Assembly (NCBI RefSeq): GCF_041886205.1
Contig: NZ_CP169029.1
Length of the DNA stretch: 64,000 nucleotides
Strand: one strand, 5' to 3'
Source of the DNA: Escherichia coli
GTDB lineage: Bacteria; Pseudomonadota; Gammaproteobacteria; Enterobacterales; Enterobacteriaceae
Part shown: positions 1 to 12,891 of the stretch, in pieces
How the letters are laid out: each line of letters begins with the position of its first letter
Numbering within the stretch: the first letter of the stretch is position 1
Translations under genes and position numbers: made by a program
Notes under the pieces: model-generated
Told to the model about the DNA's origin: nothing
The model's database searches: none
Seen by the model: the letters and a program-made list of their open reading frames with translations, nothing else

Positions 1-56
1 ACTCTGCCTGTGGTGGCGCGAGATCGTCCGGCGTCCAGGTTTTCCACGGCAGATTA

Positions 57-2703
<2,647 letters not shown>

Positions 2704-2917
2704 CGCGCACCTCGTGGCTGATTATGGACGGCGTTATTGGCAAAGTGGAACAAGACTCACTCCCGGGTCAGCAAACTCGAAAAATTGACGCTCCCATTAT
2801 TTGTGCTTTCGTTTTTTTCTATCCGCCAATAAACCCGTTTTTTTGTTGCTATTTAGCGCCTTTGTCTTATTGACTTACTGGTAGGCTTTGCTACCAGAAA
2901 TTATCCGGGAGATAAAA

Positions 2918-3232
2918 ATGTCAGCGATACAGGGGATTGAAGGGGTTATCAGCCAGTTACAGGCCACGGCGATGAGTGCGCGTGCGCAGGAATCACTGCC
3001 GCAACCGACCATTAGTTTTGCCGGGCAGCTGCACGCCGCGCTCGATCGCATAAGCGATACACAAACAGCCGCCCGCACGCAGGCAGAAAAATTCACTCTC
3101 GGTGAACCCGGCGTGGCGTTAAACGATGTGATGACCGATATGCAAAAAGCCTCAGTTTCTATGCAAATGGGGATTCAGGTGCGTAATAAGCTGGTGGCGG
3201 CGTATCAGGAAGTGATGTCCATGCAGGTGTAG
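2918..3232 (+). CDS. fliE: flagellar hook-basal body protein FliE
   Basis: ORF 2888-3232; start moved to ATG at 2918 ([15 protein letters not shown]...) giving the known 104-aa FliE. Confidence 0.93.
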   Translation: MSAIQGIEGVISQLQATAMSARAQESLPQPTISFAGQLHAALDRISDTQTAARTQAEKFTLGEPGVALNDVMTDMQKASVSMQMGIQVRNKLVAAYQEVMSMQV

Positions 3233-3525
3233 GTTGTGTGACCTGTTGTTGATTACATCCGATTTTACCGCGTGGGCATGGATGGGGCAAACTCACTCAA
3301 TTTCTGGTTTAAAATGGATACCTGATCCTGAAAGTTTTCTGCCATCCACGATCCGTATACGCGATAAACCCTCTGATCATCAGAGCCCTCATTTGATACA
3401 CATCACCACGTCGGATGTTGTTACGACCGCAGACGCAACAGTAACGTTTGAATAATTTAATCTTTGTTGATGTTTTTATTCATATTCCGGGCTAGGGAAA
3501 TAATCAGGCGTAATTGTGTCACTGG

Positions 3526-3594
3526 AATAGAGGTTTCTTGTGGCGCATGTGGAAGGAGCGTCTACTTTGTCTAATAGAGATTTCTTATGACGCA
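3526..3594. repeat. imperfect 22-bp direct repeat pair in the fliE-yedK junction
   Basis: AATAGAGGTTTCTTGTGGCGCA (3526-3547) and AATAGAGATTTCTTATGACGCA (3573-3594), 19/22 identical, all three differences G/A. Confidence 0.5.
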
Positions 3595-3623
3595 GTATTA
3601 TTGATCAATAGTCTCCTGGCTTA

Positions 3624-4292
3624 TCAAACCGGTTGAATTAACTCCGCTCCCTGGTTTTTGATATTACCCACCGCGCGCGATACCGGGTGCCAGGTGAACT
3701 GGTTTGCTGGCACACAACCACTGGTAGCGATTTCTGAGGCTTCTTTACCGCTAATCTCTTGCCGCATCCATTCCCGCGCAGCTTCTGGCGACAGTACCAG
3801 TGGGCGGCGGTCATGAATATCTACCAGACCCTGGTCTGCTGCTGCAGTGACAATCAAAAATCCTTCGGCTTCGTCACCGCGCTCGAACGGTGTGCTGCCT
3901 ATCGCGGCCAGAAAAACAGGTTGTCCATCAGCACGATAGATAAAATAAGGCTGCTTTTTGTCGCCTTCTTTTTTCCACTCAAACCAGCCATCGGCAAAAC
4001 AGATTGCCCGACCATGTTGCCAGAGCGGTTTAAACATGCGACTGGTTGCGGCAGTTTCTACGCGGGCGTTAATCAGCGGCGGTTTATCCCACCATCCGGG
4101 AGCATATCCCCAGAAAACCGGATCCAGATGAAGGTGTTCATCACGTTCACTGAGCAGTAGGACTTTGGTTCCCGGCGCGACGTTGTATCTGCCAATGGGT
4201 TCGGGATCATAGGGAATATCGCGTTCAATATCTTCCGCGAGAAGCGCAAGGTAATCTTCACGCGTTTGGGATTGGGCAAAGCGTCCACACAT
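3624..4292 (-). CDS. yedK: abasic-site processing protein, SRAP (SOS response-associated peptidase) family
   Basis: 222-aa ORF starting MCGRFAQ..., the N-terminal Cys-2 signature of SRAP/YedK. Confidence 0.9.
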   Translation of the reverse strand: MCGRFAQSQTREDYLALLAEDIERDIPYDPEPIGRYNVAPGTKVLLLSERDEHLHLDPVFWGYAPGWWDKPPLINARVETAATSRMFKPLWQHGRAICFADGWFEWKKEGDKKQPYFIYRADGQPVFLAAIGSTPFERGDEAEGFLIVTAAADQGLVDIHDRRPLVLSPEAAREWMRQEISGKEASEIATSGCVPANQFTWHPVSRAVGNIKNQGAELIQPV

Positions 4293-4366
4293 AGAAACCT
4301 CCTGAGATCATACTGAAAAGAATAGGAGAGGGGGCGGGTAAAATCTATGTGTCAGAGGTAACGATG

Positions 4367-4391
4367 TTCCCGCTGTGGGCCACAGCGGGAA
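4367..4391. terminator. perfect 25-bp palindrome downstream of yedF (possible terminator or protein site)
   Basis: TTCCCGCTGTGG-G-CCACAGCGGGAA; no flanking T tract, so terminator function is uncertain. Confidence 0.35.
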
Positions 4392-4398
4392 TGAGGGA

Positions 4399-4632
4399 TT
4401 ACTTCTGAATTAAATAATGAATGGTCGGCCCGTCTTGCTGAATATCCAGCACCGTATAGCCGTGATTACGCGCATCCAGTGGAATATTATTGATCGACTG
4501 CGGACAGTCGCTCACCACCTCCAGAATTTCCCCTTTTTTTAACTGCGGCATCGCCTCAAGAGTTGCGACTGCCGGATAAGGGCAGGGTTCACCCACCATA
4601 TCAAGGCGGTAATCAGGAACGATATTTTTCAT
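4399..4632 (-). CDS. yedF: TusA-like sulfurtransferase-fold protein YedF
   Basis: 77-aa ORF with CPxP motif (GEPCPYPAV); 4-nt overlap with yedE. Confidence 0.88.
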   Translation of the reverse strand: MKNIVPDYRLDMVGEPCPYPAVATLEAMPQLKKGEILEVVSDCPQSINNIPLDARNHGYTVLDIQQDGPTIHYLIQK

Positions 4633-5834
4633 GCGATCTCCTTAGCAGTCTGCGGTGCCGCACGGCGGAAGAAGCGTTTTTCCCAGCCGATAATCAACAT
4701 CAGCGCAGCAAACAACAGCAAATATGTCACCAGCAGACCACCCATCGGGCCAAAGGTTTTCAGCAGGTTGATTTTGTCCCAGTCGGTGGCCAGCGCCGGA
4801 GCGAAATCATCCCAGTAATACGCCAGAATCGTTGAGCCGATCACGTTGCCCAGACCGACCCACCAGTAGTGCACCTGGCCTTCTACCGCGCGGTACATCC
4901 AGCCGGTTTCGCAGCCGCCTGCCAGCACGATGCCAAAACCAAACAGTAAACCACCAATTACCGCGTTTGGTCCCGCCCACATGATTTTGGGTTCAACACC
5001 TAACTGTACGTAACTGAAGATCCCGATGGCACTCACCGCCATACCAATAATGATTGCTTTCGCCATGTGGGTACGTCCGGTGATCCACATATCGCGGAAC
5101 GCCGAAGTAAAGCAGATTTGCGCACGTTCAATCAGTAAACCAAAGCCGACGCCAAACAGCATTGCCAGCCCCAGTTTGGGTTGGTTCATCGCCGTGAGCA
5201 GCGCCCAGCCCAGCATGCCGAAAAAGACCAGCATCCCGAGACGAAAACGACGCCGCGCCTGATCCGGTTTTTGCGTCAGCGGTGAGGCGGCAGAAACTTT
5301 CTGCATTTTCACGGGAATACGGAAGATGGGCAGCAGGGTAAAGCGCGCGCCAAACCATGAACCAATGGCAGTGGCGATGGCAAAGAACCAGGCATGCAGC
5401 GAGAACTGAGGAATGCCGGTAAAGAACGCCGCCAGGTTACAGCCCATTGCCAGACGCGCGCCAAAACCGGCGATAATACCGCCAATAATGGCCTGCATAA
5501 TGCGGATACGGCTGCGCGGCATGCGTAGTTTGACATTGTTGGCCCACAGCGCTGCAGCAAAGCAGCCGCCAAACATACCGAGGATCATCATCCCGTCGAT
5601 GCGGGTTAATGGCGATCCTTCCAGATGGATAATTTTAAAATAACCCCACTCTTCAGCATGGATGCCGAACAGCTGCAGGAGCTGACCGCCCCAACGGGTA
5701 AATTCACCCGTGACAGCCCAAAAGGTGCCAGTAATGCCAAAATAGTAAGTGGAGAGAATACCCGCCGCGATGACCGCAGGGATGGGTGCCCAGAATTTAA
5801 TCAACCAGGCGTGTTTGAATTGCTGCCATGACAT
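4629..5834 (-). CDS. yedE: YeeE/YedE family inner-membrane transporter (putative selenium/sulfur compound transport)
   Basis: 401-aa hydrophobic polytopic ORF; synteny with yedF. Confidence 0.9.
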   Translation of the reverse strand: MSWQQFKHAWLIKFWAPIPAVIAAGILSTYYFGITGTFWAVTGEFTRWGGQLLQLFGIHAEEWGYFKIIHLEGSPLTRIDGMMILGMFGGCFAAALWANNVKLRMPRSRIRIMQAIIGGIIAGFGARLAMGCNLAAFFTGIPQFSLHAWFFAIATAIGSWFGARFTLLPIFRIPVKMQKVSAASPLTQKPDQARRRFRLGMLVFFGMLGWALLTAMNQPKLGLAMLFGVGFGLLIERAQICFTSAFRDMWITGRTHMAKAIIIGMAVSAIGIFSYVQLGVEPKIMWAGPNAVIGGLLFGFGIVLAGGCETGWMYRAVEGQVHYWWVGLGNVIGSTILAYYWDDFAPALATDWDKINLLKTFGPMGGLLVTYLLLFAALMLIIGWEKRFFRRAAPQTAKEIA

Positions 5835-6017
5835 GAATGTAGCCTCTGAACTCAGAAGGTTTGAAACAAGAGTCGCGAATCATACATCAAGCAAATTTAT
5901 TTTCGGGGTAATAATTCACAAAAATAATAGTTAGATCAAATTTCTCTCTGAACCTGGAAAGGCTGGCGACATCAGGGCTTTAATGCCACAATCCTCTTTT
6001 CTTCTCATGCAGGACGA

Positions 6018-6434
6018 ATGATGAAAAAACTCGCAATTGCAGGCGCGCTCATGTTGCTGGCGGGCTGTGCCGAAGTCGAAAACTATAACAATGTCGTGAA
6101 AACCCCCGCGCCGGACTGGCTGGCGGGCTACTGGCAGACCAAAGGGCCGCAACGTGCGCTGGTCAGTCCGGAAGCGATAGGCAGCCTCATTGTCACTAAA
6201 GAGGGCGATACCCTCGATTGCCGTCAGTGGCAGCGGGTGATTGCCGTACCGGGTAAGTTGACATTGATGTCTGATGATCTCACTAACGTTACCGTAAAAC
6301 GTGAGCTGTACGAGGTTGAGCGTGACGGTAACACCATTGAGTACGATGGTATGACGATGGAGCGTGTGGATCGCCCGACGGCAGAGTGTGCCGCCGCGCT
6401 GGATAAAGCGCCGTTACCGACGCCACTGCCGTAA
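6018..6434 (+). CDS. yedD: lipoprotein YedD
   Basis: 138-aa ORF with lipoprotein signal (MMKKLAIAGALMLLAGC); synteny next to amyA. Confidence 0.8.
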   Translation: MMKKLAIAGALMLLAGCAEVENYNNVVKTPAPDWLAGYWQTKGPQRALVSPEAIGSLIVTKEGDTLDCRQWQRVIAVPGKLTLMSDDLTNVTVKRELYEVERDGNTIEYDGMTMERVDRPTAECAAALDKAPLPTPLP

Positions 6435-6467
6435 TGAAATCTCCCCGGCTTGCCGCCGGGGATGAAT

Positions 6468-7955
6468 TTAAATCACCTCTTCGATAACCCACACGCTGAC
6501 GCTGCCGCCGTTGCAAAAGAAGGTTGCTTCGCCGTTTTCGTCGGTCACTACGCTCTCTTGCCGGTTCCCCAGAAAATCACGCCAGGTTTTATTGCCGTAA
6601 TTCTCTCCCAGATGAATGGTTTTTTCGCCATCATCCCCGTTCGACATGACCACCACGCAGCCGGGATATTCGTCAGTGCCACTGCGGCTAAAGGCAATGC
6701 AGTTCGGATGGTCGAAAAATAACGTCTGTACACCGTGGGCGAAACGCTGACGAGCGAGAATTAACTCATCAAGCTGTTCGATTATTGGCATATCTATCGG
6801 ATAGGTTTGCCCGTCACCACCGACATCTTCGTAATGCGCACCGTAGAGGTCCGGATAGAATACCGAAGGAACGCCATTTTCCCGCAACAAAATTAAGGCA
6901 TACGCCAGCGGTTTAAACCACGGTTCGACTGGCGCTTCGAGGGCTTGCAACGGTTGGGTGTCATGGTTGGCAACGAGGGTTACGGCGTGAAAAGGATCGG
7001 CTTCCACCAGCGTCCCAGTGAAAATCTGCGTCATGTCGTAGTCGCGTCCCATGCGCGATGCTTCATGGAATTTCATCTGCAGCGGCGCATCAAACAGCAT
7101 GGTTTTGCCTTCCACCTGATCAATATACGTTTGCAGTTTATCGACTTCATGCGACCAGTATTCCGCCACAATAAACAGCGGCTTTGGCGCAACTTCTTGT
7201 ACGTGTTCGATCCACTCTTTATAAAACCACGCCGGTATATGTTTGACCGCATCAAGACGAAAACCGTCGCATTGTGTTTGTTCCATCACCCAGCGCGCCC
7301 AGTATTTAATCTCTTCCGTCACGGCATGATTGCGGAAATCGATATTCTCGCCCATCAGATAATCGAAATTACCTAACTCATCATCAACCTGATCGTTCCA
7401 GCCTTCGCCGGTGTAGTCGTTAACAATTTTAAATATGCCATCTTCATCAGGATTTTCGATATGGTCGATACCGCTAAAACATTTGAAATCCCAGATAAAC
7501 TGCGAGTATTGCCCGGCACGAGCGGGGAAGGTGTAACGCGTCCAGCCTTCGCACTCAATGATTTCTTCGTCAATTTGCGTACGGTCATCAGCATTTACAC
7601 GCTGCACGCGAATAGCTTCTTTTTCATCCGCGCCCATTTTGTGGTTGACTACCACATCCAACAGCACCGCAATGTCATTACGTTTCAGAGCGTCAATGGC
7701 GGCCAGCAGTTGTGCTTTATCGCCATATTTAGTAGGGATGCTGCCTTTCTGATCAAACTCGCCTAAATCAAATAAATCATAGGAGTCGTAGCCGACCGAA
7801 TACCCGCCCGATGCGCCTTTATAGGCGGGCGGCAACCAGACCATATTGATACCAATATCATTAAAACCGTCGGCGCGCTCGGCCAGTTCAGGCCAGAGCT
7901 TACCGCCTTCCGGGTAATACCAGTGAAAACATTGTAACAGCGTGGGATTACGCAT
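6468..7955 (-). CDS. amyA: cytoplasmic alpha-amylase
   Basis: 495-aa ORF with glycoside hydrolase family 13 motifs ([14 protein letters not shown]); synteny beside fliT. Confidence 0.93.
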   Translation of the reverse strand: MRNPTLLQCFHWYYPEGGKLWPELAERADGFNDIGINMVWLPPAYKGASGGYSVGYDSYDLFDLGEFDQKGSIPTKYGDKAQLLAAIDALKRNDIAVLLDVVVNHKMGADEKEAIRVQRVNADDRTQIDEEIIECEGWTRYTFPARAGQYSQFIWDFKCFSGIDHIENPDEDGIFKIVNDYTGEGWNDQVDDELGNFDYLMGENIDFRNHAVTEEIKYWARWVMEQTQCDGFRLDAVKHIPAWFYKEWIEHVQEVAPKPLFIVAEYWSHEVDKLQTYIDQVEGKTMLFDAPLQMKFHEASRMGRDYDMTQIFTGTLVEADPFHAVTLVANHDTQPLQALEAPVEPWFKPLAYALILLRENGVPSVFYPDLYGAHYEDVGGDGQTYPIDMPIIEQLDELILARQRFAHGVQTLFFDHPNCIAFSRSGTDEYPGCVVVMSNGDDGEKTIHLGENYGNKTWRDFLGNRQESVVTDENGEATFFCNGGSVSVWVIEEVI

Positions 7956-8032
7956 TCTTCGACTCCATTCAAGGGGAACATTAGAAGCGTAGCCGTAATC
8001 AGATTATTCGCGAGCCATTAGCTCGTTAAGAT

Positions 8033-8398
8033 TCACGAGAAGTTATCTTGCGGAGCCAGCACAAAGCCGCCCTGATCGCCATAGGCACTTAACACCGATT
8101 TTTGCACCGATGACTGACCGACCAGTTTCGCCAGTTCATTCATCCGAATCTGTAATAACTGCTTTACCTTGCTTTCGTTATCGAGAATCAGGCGCAGCAT
8201 CGGGCGGAGCTGCTCCTGCATCGTGGTGGACGGGTCAATCTCATCAGTCAGATGTGCAATCTCCTGCACCGCATTCACATACGCCATTTCGCTGGCGATG
8301 AGTTCGTCCCATTGTTCTTCCGTTGCCAGGCGTAACATGAGCTGGCTTTTTTCGACGAGTTGTTGCCAGGCGAAATACAAATGCGGTGCGTGGTTCAT
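8033..8398 (-). CDS. fliT: flagellar export chaperone FliT
   Basis: 121-aa ORF, last gene of fliDST; 1-nt overlap with fliS. Confidence 0.92.
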   Translation of the reverse strand: MNHAPHLYFAWQQLVEKSQLMLRLATEEQWDELIASEMAYVNAVQEIAHLTDEIDPSTTMQEQLRPMLRLILDNESKVKQLLQIRMNELAKLVGQSSVQKSVLSAYGDQGGFVLAPQDNFS

Positions 8399-8808
8399 CA
8401 GACTGGGTCCTGAATCAAAGAAGGGGAGAGTAATGACTCTTTCCAGGCATCGGCAATATTGCGCATTAATGCTTCCACTTCTTCGACTGCGGAGACATCG
8501 TTGCGTAAATTGGCTTGCAGCAAACGCCTGACCATATAGCTATAAAGAGCAATCAAGTTTTGGGTTAGTTCGTCTTTGCTCTCTTCATCAAGACTCACCC
8601 GCAGTCCGTTCTCAATGATGTTGATCGCTTTTGACAAAGAGACGCCTTTGCCTTGCTGATTGTTGTCCTGCATAAACAGGCGCGCTCTAACCAGTGCGCT
8701 TAGCACTCCATCAAATAGCATGGTGACCAGCTGCTGCTGGCTGGCGCTCATTACGGCGCTTTCGACGCCAATTTGTGCATAGGCCTGGGTGCCTTTTGCC
8801 GCGTACAT
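8398..8808 (-). CDS. fliS: flagellin-specific export chaperone FliS
   Basis: 136-aa ORF recognised as FliS. Confidence 0.93.
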   Translation of the reverse strand: MYAAKGTQAYAQIGVESAVMSASQQQLVTMLFDGVLSALVRARLFMQDNNQQGKGVSLSKAINIIENGLRVSLDEESKDELTQNLIALYSYMVRRLLQANLRNDVSAVEEVEALMRNIADAWKESLLSPSLIQDPV

Positions 8809-8823
8809 AGTATCTCCTGAAGA

Positions 8824-10239
8824 TTATTTCGAGTTGCTATTTGAGGTGTCGAACTGCTGTGTCAGATAGCTACTGGTGGAGTTAAGCGAGTTCATTAACA
8901 CATCTAATTGGGTGAACTGGGCTTTATAGCGCGTCATTAAGGTATCGATACGCTCACTGGCTGCGTTGTACTGGTCGGTCAAATTATTCAGCGTTTTGCT
9001 GACGCCATCTTTTGCGGCCTGGATTATCCCGGTGGAAGAGAGCCAACTGGTCAGGTTGCTACTAATGCCGGTGGTTACCCCTGTACTTTTACCGTCACCT
9101 ATAAACATTTCACCGATGCCAGTGGCATCTTTTTTTAGCGCCGTTTGCAGTTTGTCGGTCGCGATTTCCAGCTTGCCGGTACTGGCATCGCTGGTAACGC
9201 CAATCTGTGCCAGCGTTTTATAGTTTGAACTGCTGTGAGTATTGGCGAGCAAGGTTTTAAGCTGAGTCTGGATGGTACGCAGTGTGGAGTCACCGAGTAA
9301 TGCGCCATTACTGGAGTCCTGACTTTCTGCTCCGGCATCGACAGCGGTGTATTTGGTTAAGCTACTGAATGTATCCTGCAATGTGTTATAGGCATCCACC
9401 CATGCTTTGACCGCATTTTCAGCTTTGGATGTGTCTTTATTGATGGTCAGTGTCTGATTACCGGTGGTGACGTCATTCAGGTTGAGTGTGATATCTTCCA
9501 GCGCGTCGCTGATAGTGTTACTGCTGTTTTCAATCTCAACGTTATTGACTGTCAGTTTGGCGTTTTGCGCGGTGACGCTTTCAATCATGCCATTGCTGCT
9601 ATCACCCGACGTTCCGTTGTAACCCATAAAACTTTCCAGGGCGCTGTCGCCGCTGACGCTAAGTTTCATAGCGTTATCGTTGCCCGTATCGTTAGCGGTG
9701 ATGGACAGACGATATTCGCCGTTTCCCACATTGATGATACTGGCGCTGACACCAGCTTTGGCGTTGTTAATGGCATCGCGAATGCCGGAAAGTGACGAGT
9801 TAGCTGCGCTGATATCAATCGTGACCGGATCTTTACCGCCGCCTTGCTGGATGGTCAGTACGCTATCGCTGGTGGCGATGGCAGCTTTACTGTCTTTTTG
9901 ACTAATTTTTGTGGTCAGCGTTTGTGCCTGCGCCAGTTGGCTAACGCTAATGGTGTATTTCCCGGCAATCGCGCTGCCCGTGGTGGTGGCGCTGAAAGCC
10001 GATGAACTGCTGGTGGTTGAAGTGGCGGTAAATAAATCGGCTTTATTCAGTGCAGTGTTGGCTGTCTGGAAACTCTCTAGTGCACTTTTCAGCGTCCCGT
10101 AGGCGCTCAGTTTCGCGGTGTAAGAGCTTTGCTGTTTTGATATCGGCGTCAGGGTAGATTTTTCTGCCGCCTCCAGACTGTCAAGGATGCTGCTTAAGTC
10201 CAGCCCCGACCCAACCCCAAGCGTTGAAATACTAGCCAT
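8824..10239 (-). CDS. fliD: flagellar filament capping protein FliD
   Basis: 471-aa ORF recognised as FliD; sigma28 promoter upstream. Confidence 0.93.
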   Translation of the reverse strand: MASISTLGVGSGLDLSSILDSLEAAEKSTLTPISKQQSSYTAKLSAYGTLKSALESFQTANTALNKADLFTATSTTSSSSAFSATTTGSAIAGKYTISVSQLAQAQTLTTKISQKDSKAAIATSDSVLTIQQGGGKDPVTIDISAANSSLSGIRDAINNAKAGVSASIINVGNGEYRLSITANDTGNDNAMKLSVSGDSALESFMGYNGTSGDSSNGMIESVTAQNAKLTVNNVEIENSSNTISDALEDITLNLNDVTTGNQTLTINKDTSKAENAVKAWVDAYNTLQDTFSSLTKYTAVDAGAESQDSSNGALLGDSTLRTIQTQLKTLLANTHSSSNYKTLAQIGVTSDASTGKLEIATDKLQTALKKDATGIGEMFIGDGKSTGVTTGISSNLTSWLSSTGIIQAAKDGVSKTLNNLTDQYNAASERIDTLMTRYKAQFTQLDVLMNSLNSTSSYLTQQFDTSNSNSK

Positions 10240-10281
10240 ATAAATTCCTTAATCATGCGACGTATAGAACGAATACCGGGG

Positions 10282-10308
10282 TTATCGGCGTAAGCGGGGC
10301 AAAGTTTA
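10282..10308 (-). promoter_or_regulatory. sigma28 promoter of fliDST
   Basis: Minus strand reads TAAACTTT (10308-10301), 11-bp spacer, GCCGATAA (10289-10282); about 45 bp upstream of the fliD start. Confidence 0.7.
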
Positions 10309-10381
10309 CGATTTATTTTTTGGCTTAATGACACGAACAGCAACGAGGAAGGGGAGTATTTCGACCGCTAGAAAAAAATTC

Positions 10382-10408
10382 TAAAGGTTGTGAGTGACCA
10401 GACGATAA
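10382..10408 (+). promoter_or_regulatory. sigma28 promoter of fliC
   Basis: TAAAGGTT (10382-10389), 11-bp spacer, GACGATAA (10401-10408); about 75 bp upstream of the fliC ATG. Confidence 0.75.
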
Positions 10409-10484
10409 CAGGGTTGACGGCGACGAAGCCGAAGGGTGGAAGCCCAATACTTAAACCGTAGACTTGAAAACAGGAAAATGAATC

Positions 10485-11807
10485 ATGGCACAAGTCATTA
10501 ATACCAACAGCCTCTCGCTGATCACTCAGAACAACATCAACAAAAACCAGTCTGCGCTGTCGACTTCTATCGAGCGCCTCTCTTCTGGTCTGCGCATTAA
10601 CAGCGCTAAAGATGACGCTGCGGGCCAGGCGATTGCTAACCGCTTCACTTCTAACATCAAAGGTCTGACTCAGGCCGCACGTAACGCCAACGACGGTATC
10701 TCTCTGGCGCAGACCACTGAAGGCGCACTGTCTGAAATCAACAACAACTTGCAGCGTGTTCGTGAACTGACCGTTCAGGCCACTACCGGTACTAACTCTG
10801 ATTCTGACCTGTCTTCAATCCAGGACGAAATCAAATCCCGTCTCGATGAAATTGACCGCGTATCCGGTCAGACTCAGTTCAACGGCGTGAACGTACTGGC
10901 AAAAGATAACACCATGAAGATTCAGGTTGGTGCGAACGATGGTCAGACTATATCCATCGACCTGCAAAAAATCGACTCTTCTACTCTTGGTTTGAACGGT
11001 TTCTCCGTTTCTAAAAATGCTCTCGAAACTAGCGAAGCGATCACTCAGTTGCCGAACGGTGAGAATGCCCCAATCGCTGTGAAGATGGATGCGTCTGTTC
11101 TGACCGATCTTAACATTACTGATGCTTCTGCTGTTTCGCTGCACAACGTAACTAAAGGTGGTGTCGCAACGTCTACTTATGTTGTTCAGTATGGCGATAA
11201 GAGCTATGCAGCATCTGTTGATGCGGGAGGTACAGTAAAACTGAATAAAGCCGACGTAACATATAACGACGCAGCAAATGGTGTTAAGAATGCCACCCAG
11301 ATTGGTAGTCTGGTTCAGGTTGGTGCTGATGCAAACAATGATGCAGTTGGTTTTGTTACCGTGCAGGGGAAAAACTATGTTGCTAATGACTCATTAGTCA
11401 ATGCTAATGGCGCTGCTGGCGCTGAAGCAACTAGAGTTACAATTGATGGTGATGGTACTAACCAGGCTAAAATTGAACTTAGCCAAAATGGTGATACTGC
11501 TGCAACATCAGAGTTCGCTGGTGCTTCAACCAACGATCCACTGACTCTGCTGGACAAAGCTATCGCATCTGTTGATAAATTCCGTTCTTCTTTGGGGGCG
11601 GTACAGAACCGTCTGAGCTCCGCTGTAACCAACCTGAACAACACCACCACCAACCTGTCTGAAGCGCAGTCCCGTATTCAGGACGCCGACTATGCGACCG
11701 AAGTGTCCAACATGTCGAAAGCGCAGATTATCCAGCAGGCAGGTAACTCCGTGCTGTCCAAAGCTAACCAGGTACCGCAGCAGGTTCTGTCTCTGCTGCA
11801 GGGTTAA
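10485..11807 (+). CDS. fliC: flagellin FliC (non-K-12 allele, 440 aa)
   Basis: Conserved flagellin N terminus (MAQVINTNSLSLITQNNINKNQSALS...) and C terminus (...QVPQQVLSLLQG) with a divergent central domain. Confidence 0.95.
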   Translation: MAQVINTNSLSLITQNNINKNQSALSTSIERLSSGLRINSAKDDAAGQAIANRFTSNIKGLTQAARNANDGISLAQTTEGALSEINNNLQRVRELTVQATTGTNSDSDLSSIQDEIKSRLDEIDRVSGQTQFNGVNVLAKDNTMKIQVGANDGQTISIDLQKIDSSTLGLNGFSVSKNALETSEAITQLPNGENAPIAVKMDASVLTDLNITDASAVSLHNVTKGGVATSTYVVQYGDKSYAASVDAGGTVKLNKADVTYNDAANGVKNATQIGSLVQVGADANNDAVGFVTVQGKNYVANDSLVNANGAAGAEATRVTIDGDGTNQAKIELSQNGDTAATSEFAGASTNDPLTLLDKAIASVDKFRSSLGAVQNRLSSAVTNLNNTTTNLSEAQSRIQDADYATEVSNMSKAQIIQQAGNSVLSKANQVPQQVLSLLQG

Positions 11808-11850
11808 TCGTCGTAACCTGATTAACTGAGACTGACGGCAACGCCAAATT

Positions 11851-11950
<100 letters not shown>

Positions 11951-11980
11951 ACATCAAGCGCAATTTGTCAGCAACGTGCT

Positions 11981-12006
11981 CCCCCGCCACCGGCGGGGTT
12001 TTTTCT
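11981..12006 (+). terminator. rho-independent terminator of fliC
   Basis: CCCCGCC-ACC-GGCGGGG hairpin followed by T6. Confidence 0.65.
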
Positions 12007-12103
12007 GTCCGCAATTTACCGGTAACCCCCAAATAACCCCTCATTTCACCCACTAATCGTCCGATTAAAAACCCTGCAGAAACGGATAATCATGCCGATA
12101 ACT

Positions 12104-12111
12104 CATATAAC
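12104..12111 (+). promoter_or_regulatory. sigma28 -10-like element (GCCGATAA) just upstream of fliA
   Basis: Exact GCCGATAA 16 bp before the fliA GTG; no good TAAAGTTT -35 at the canonical spacing, so promoter status is uncertain. Confidence 0.3.
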
Positions 12112-12126
12112 GCAGGGCTGTTTATC

Positions 12127-12846
12127 GTGAATTCACTCTATACCGCTGAAGGTGTAATGGATAAACACTCGCTGTGGCAGCGTTATGTCCCGCTGGTGCG
12201 TCACGAAGCATTGCGCCTGCAGGTTCGACTGCCCGCGAGCGTGGAACTTGACGATCTGCTACAGGCGGGCGGCATTGGGTTACTTAATGCCGTCGAACGC
12301 TATGACGCCCTACAAGGAACGGCATTTACAACTTACGCAGTGCAGCGTATCCGTGGCGCTATGTTGGATGAACTTCGCAGCCGTGACTGGGTGCCGCGCA
12401 GCGTGCGACGCAACGCGCGTGAAGTGGCACAGGCAATAGGGCAACTGGAGCAGGAACTTGGCCGCAACGCCACGGAAACTGAGGTAGCGGAACGTTTAGG
12501 GATCGATATTGCCGATTATCGCCAAATGTTGCTCGACACCAATAACAGCCAGCTCTTCTCCTACGATGAGTGGCGCGAAGAGCACGGCGATAGCATCGAA
12601 CTGGTTACTGATGATCATCAGCGAGAAAACCCGCTACAACAACTGCTGGACAGTAATCTGCGTCAGCGGGTGATGGAAGCCATCGAAACGTTGCCGGAGC
12701 GCGAAAAACTGGTATTAACCCTCTATTACCAGGAAGAGCTGAATCTCAAAGAGATTGGCGCGGTGCTGGAGGTCGGGGAATCGCGGGTCAGTCAGTTACA
12801 CAGCCAGGCTATTAAACGGTTACGCACTAAACTGGGTAAGTTATAA
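12127..12846 (+). CDS. fliA: RNA polymerase sigma factor sigma28 FliA
   Basis: 239-aa ORF with GTG start recognised as FliA. Confidence 0.95.
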   Translation: MNSLYTAEGVMDKHSLWQRYVPLVRHEALRLQVRLPASVELDDLLQAGGIGLLNAVERYDALQGTAFTTYAVQRIRGAMLDELRSRDWVPRSVRRNAREVAQAIGQLEQELGRNATETEVAERLGIDIADYRQMLLDTNNSQLFSYDEWREEHGDSIELVTDDHQRENPLQQLLDSNLRQRVMEAIETLPEREKLVLTLYYQEELNLKEIGAVLEVGESRVSQLHSQAIKRLRTKLGKL

Positions 12847-12891
12847 CGTCAGTAAATGCCGCACTTTAACTTTGACTACCAGGAGTTCTTA

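Noticed and set aside
3234-3455. 73-aa ORF in the fliE-yedK junction
   Set aside because: Begins with TTG directly at the fliE stop, has no Shine-Dalgarno sequence and its translation has no recognisable features; possibly degraded remnant sequence, not called as a gene.
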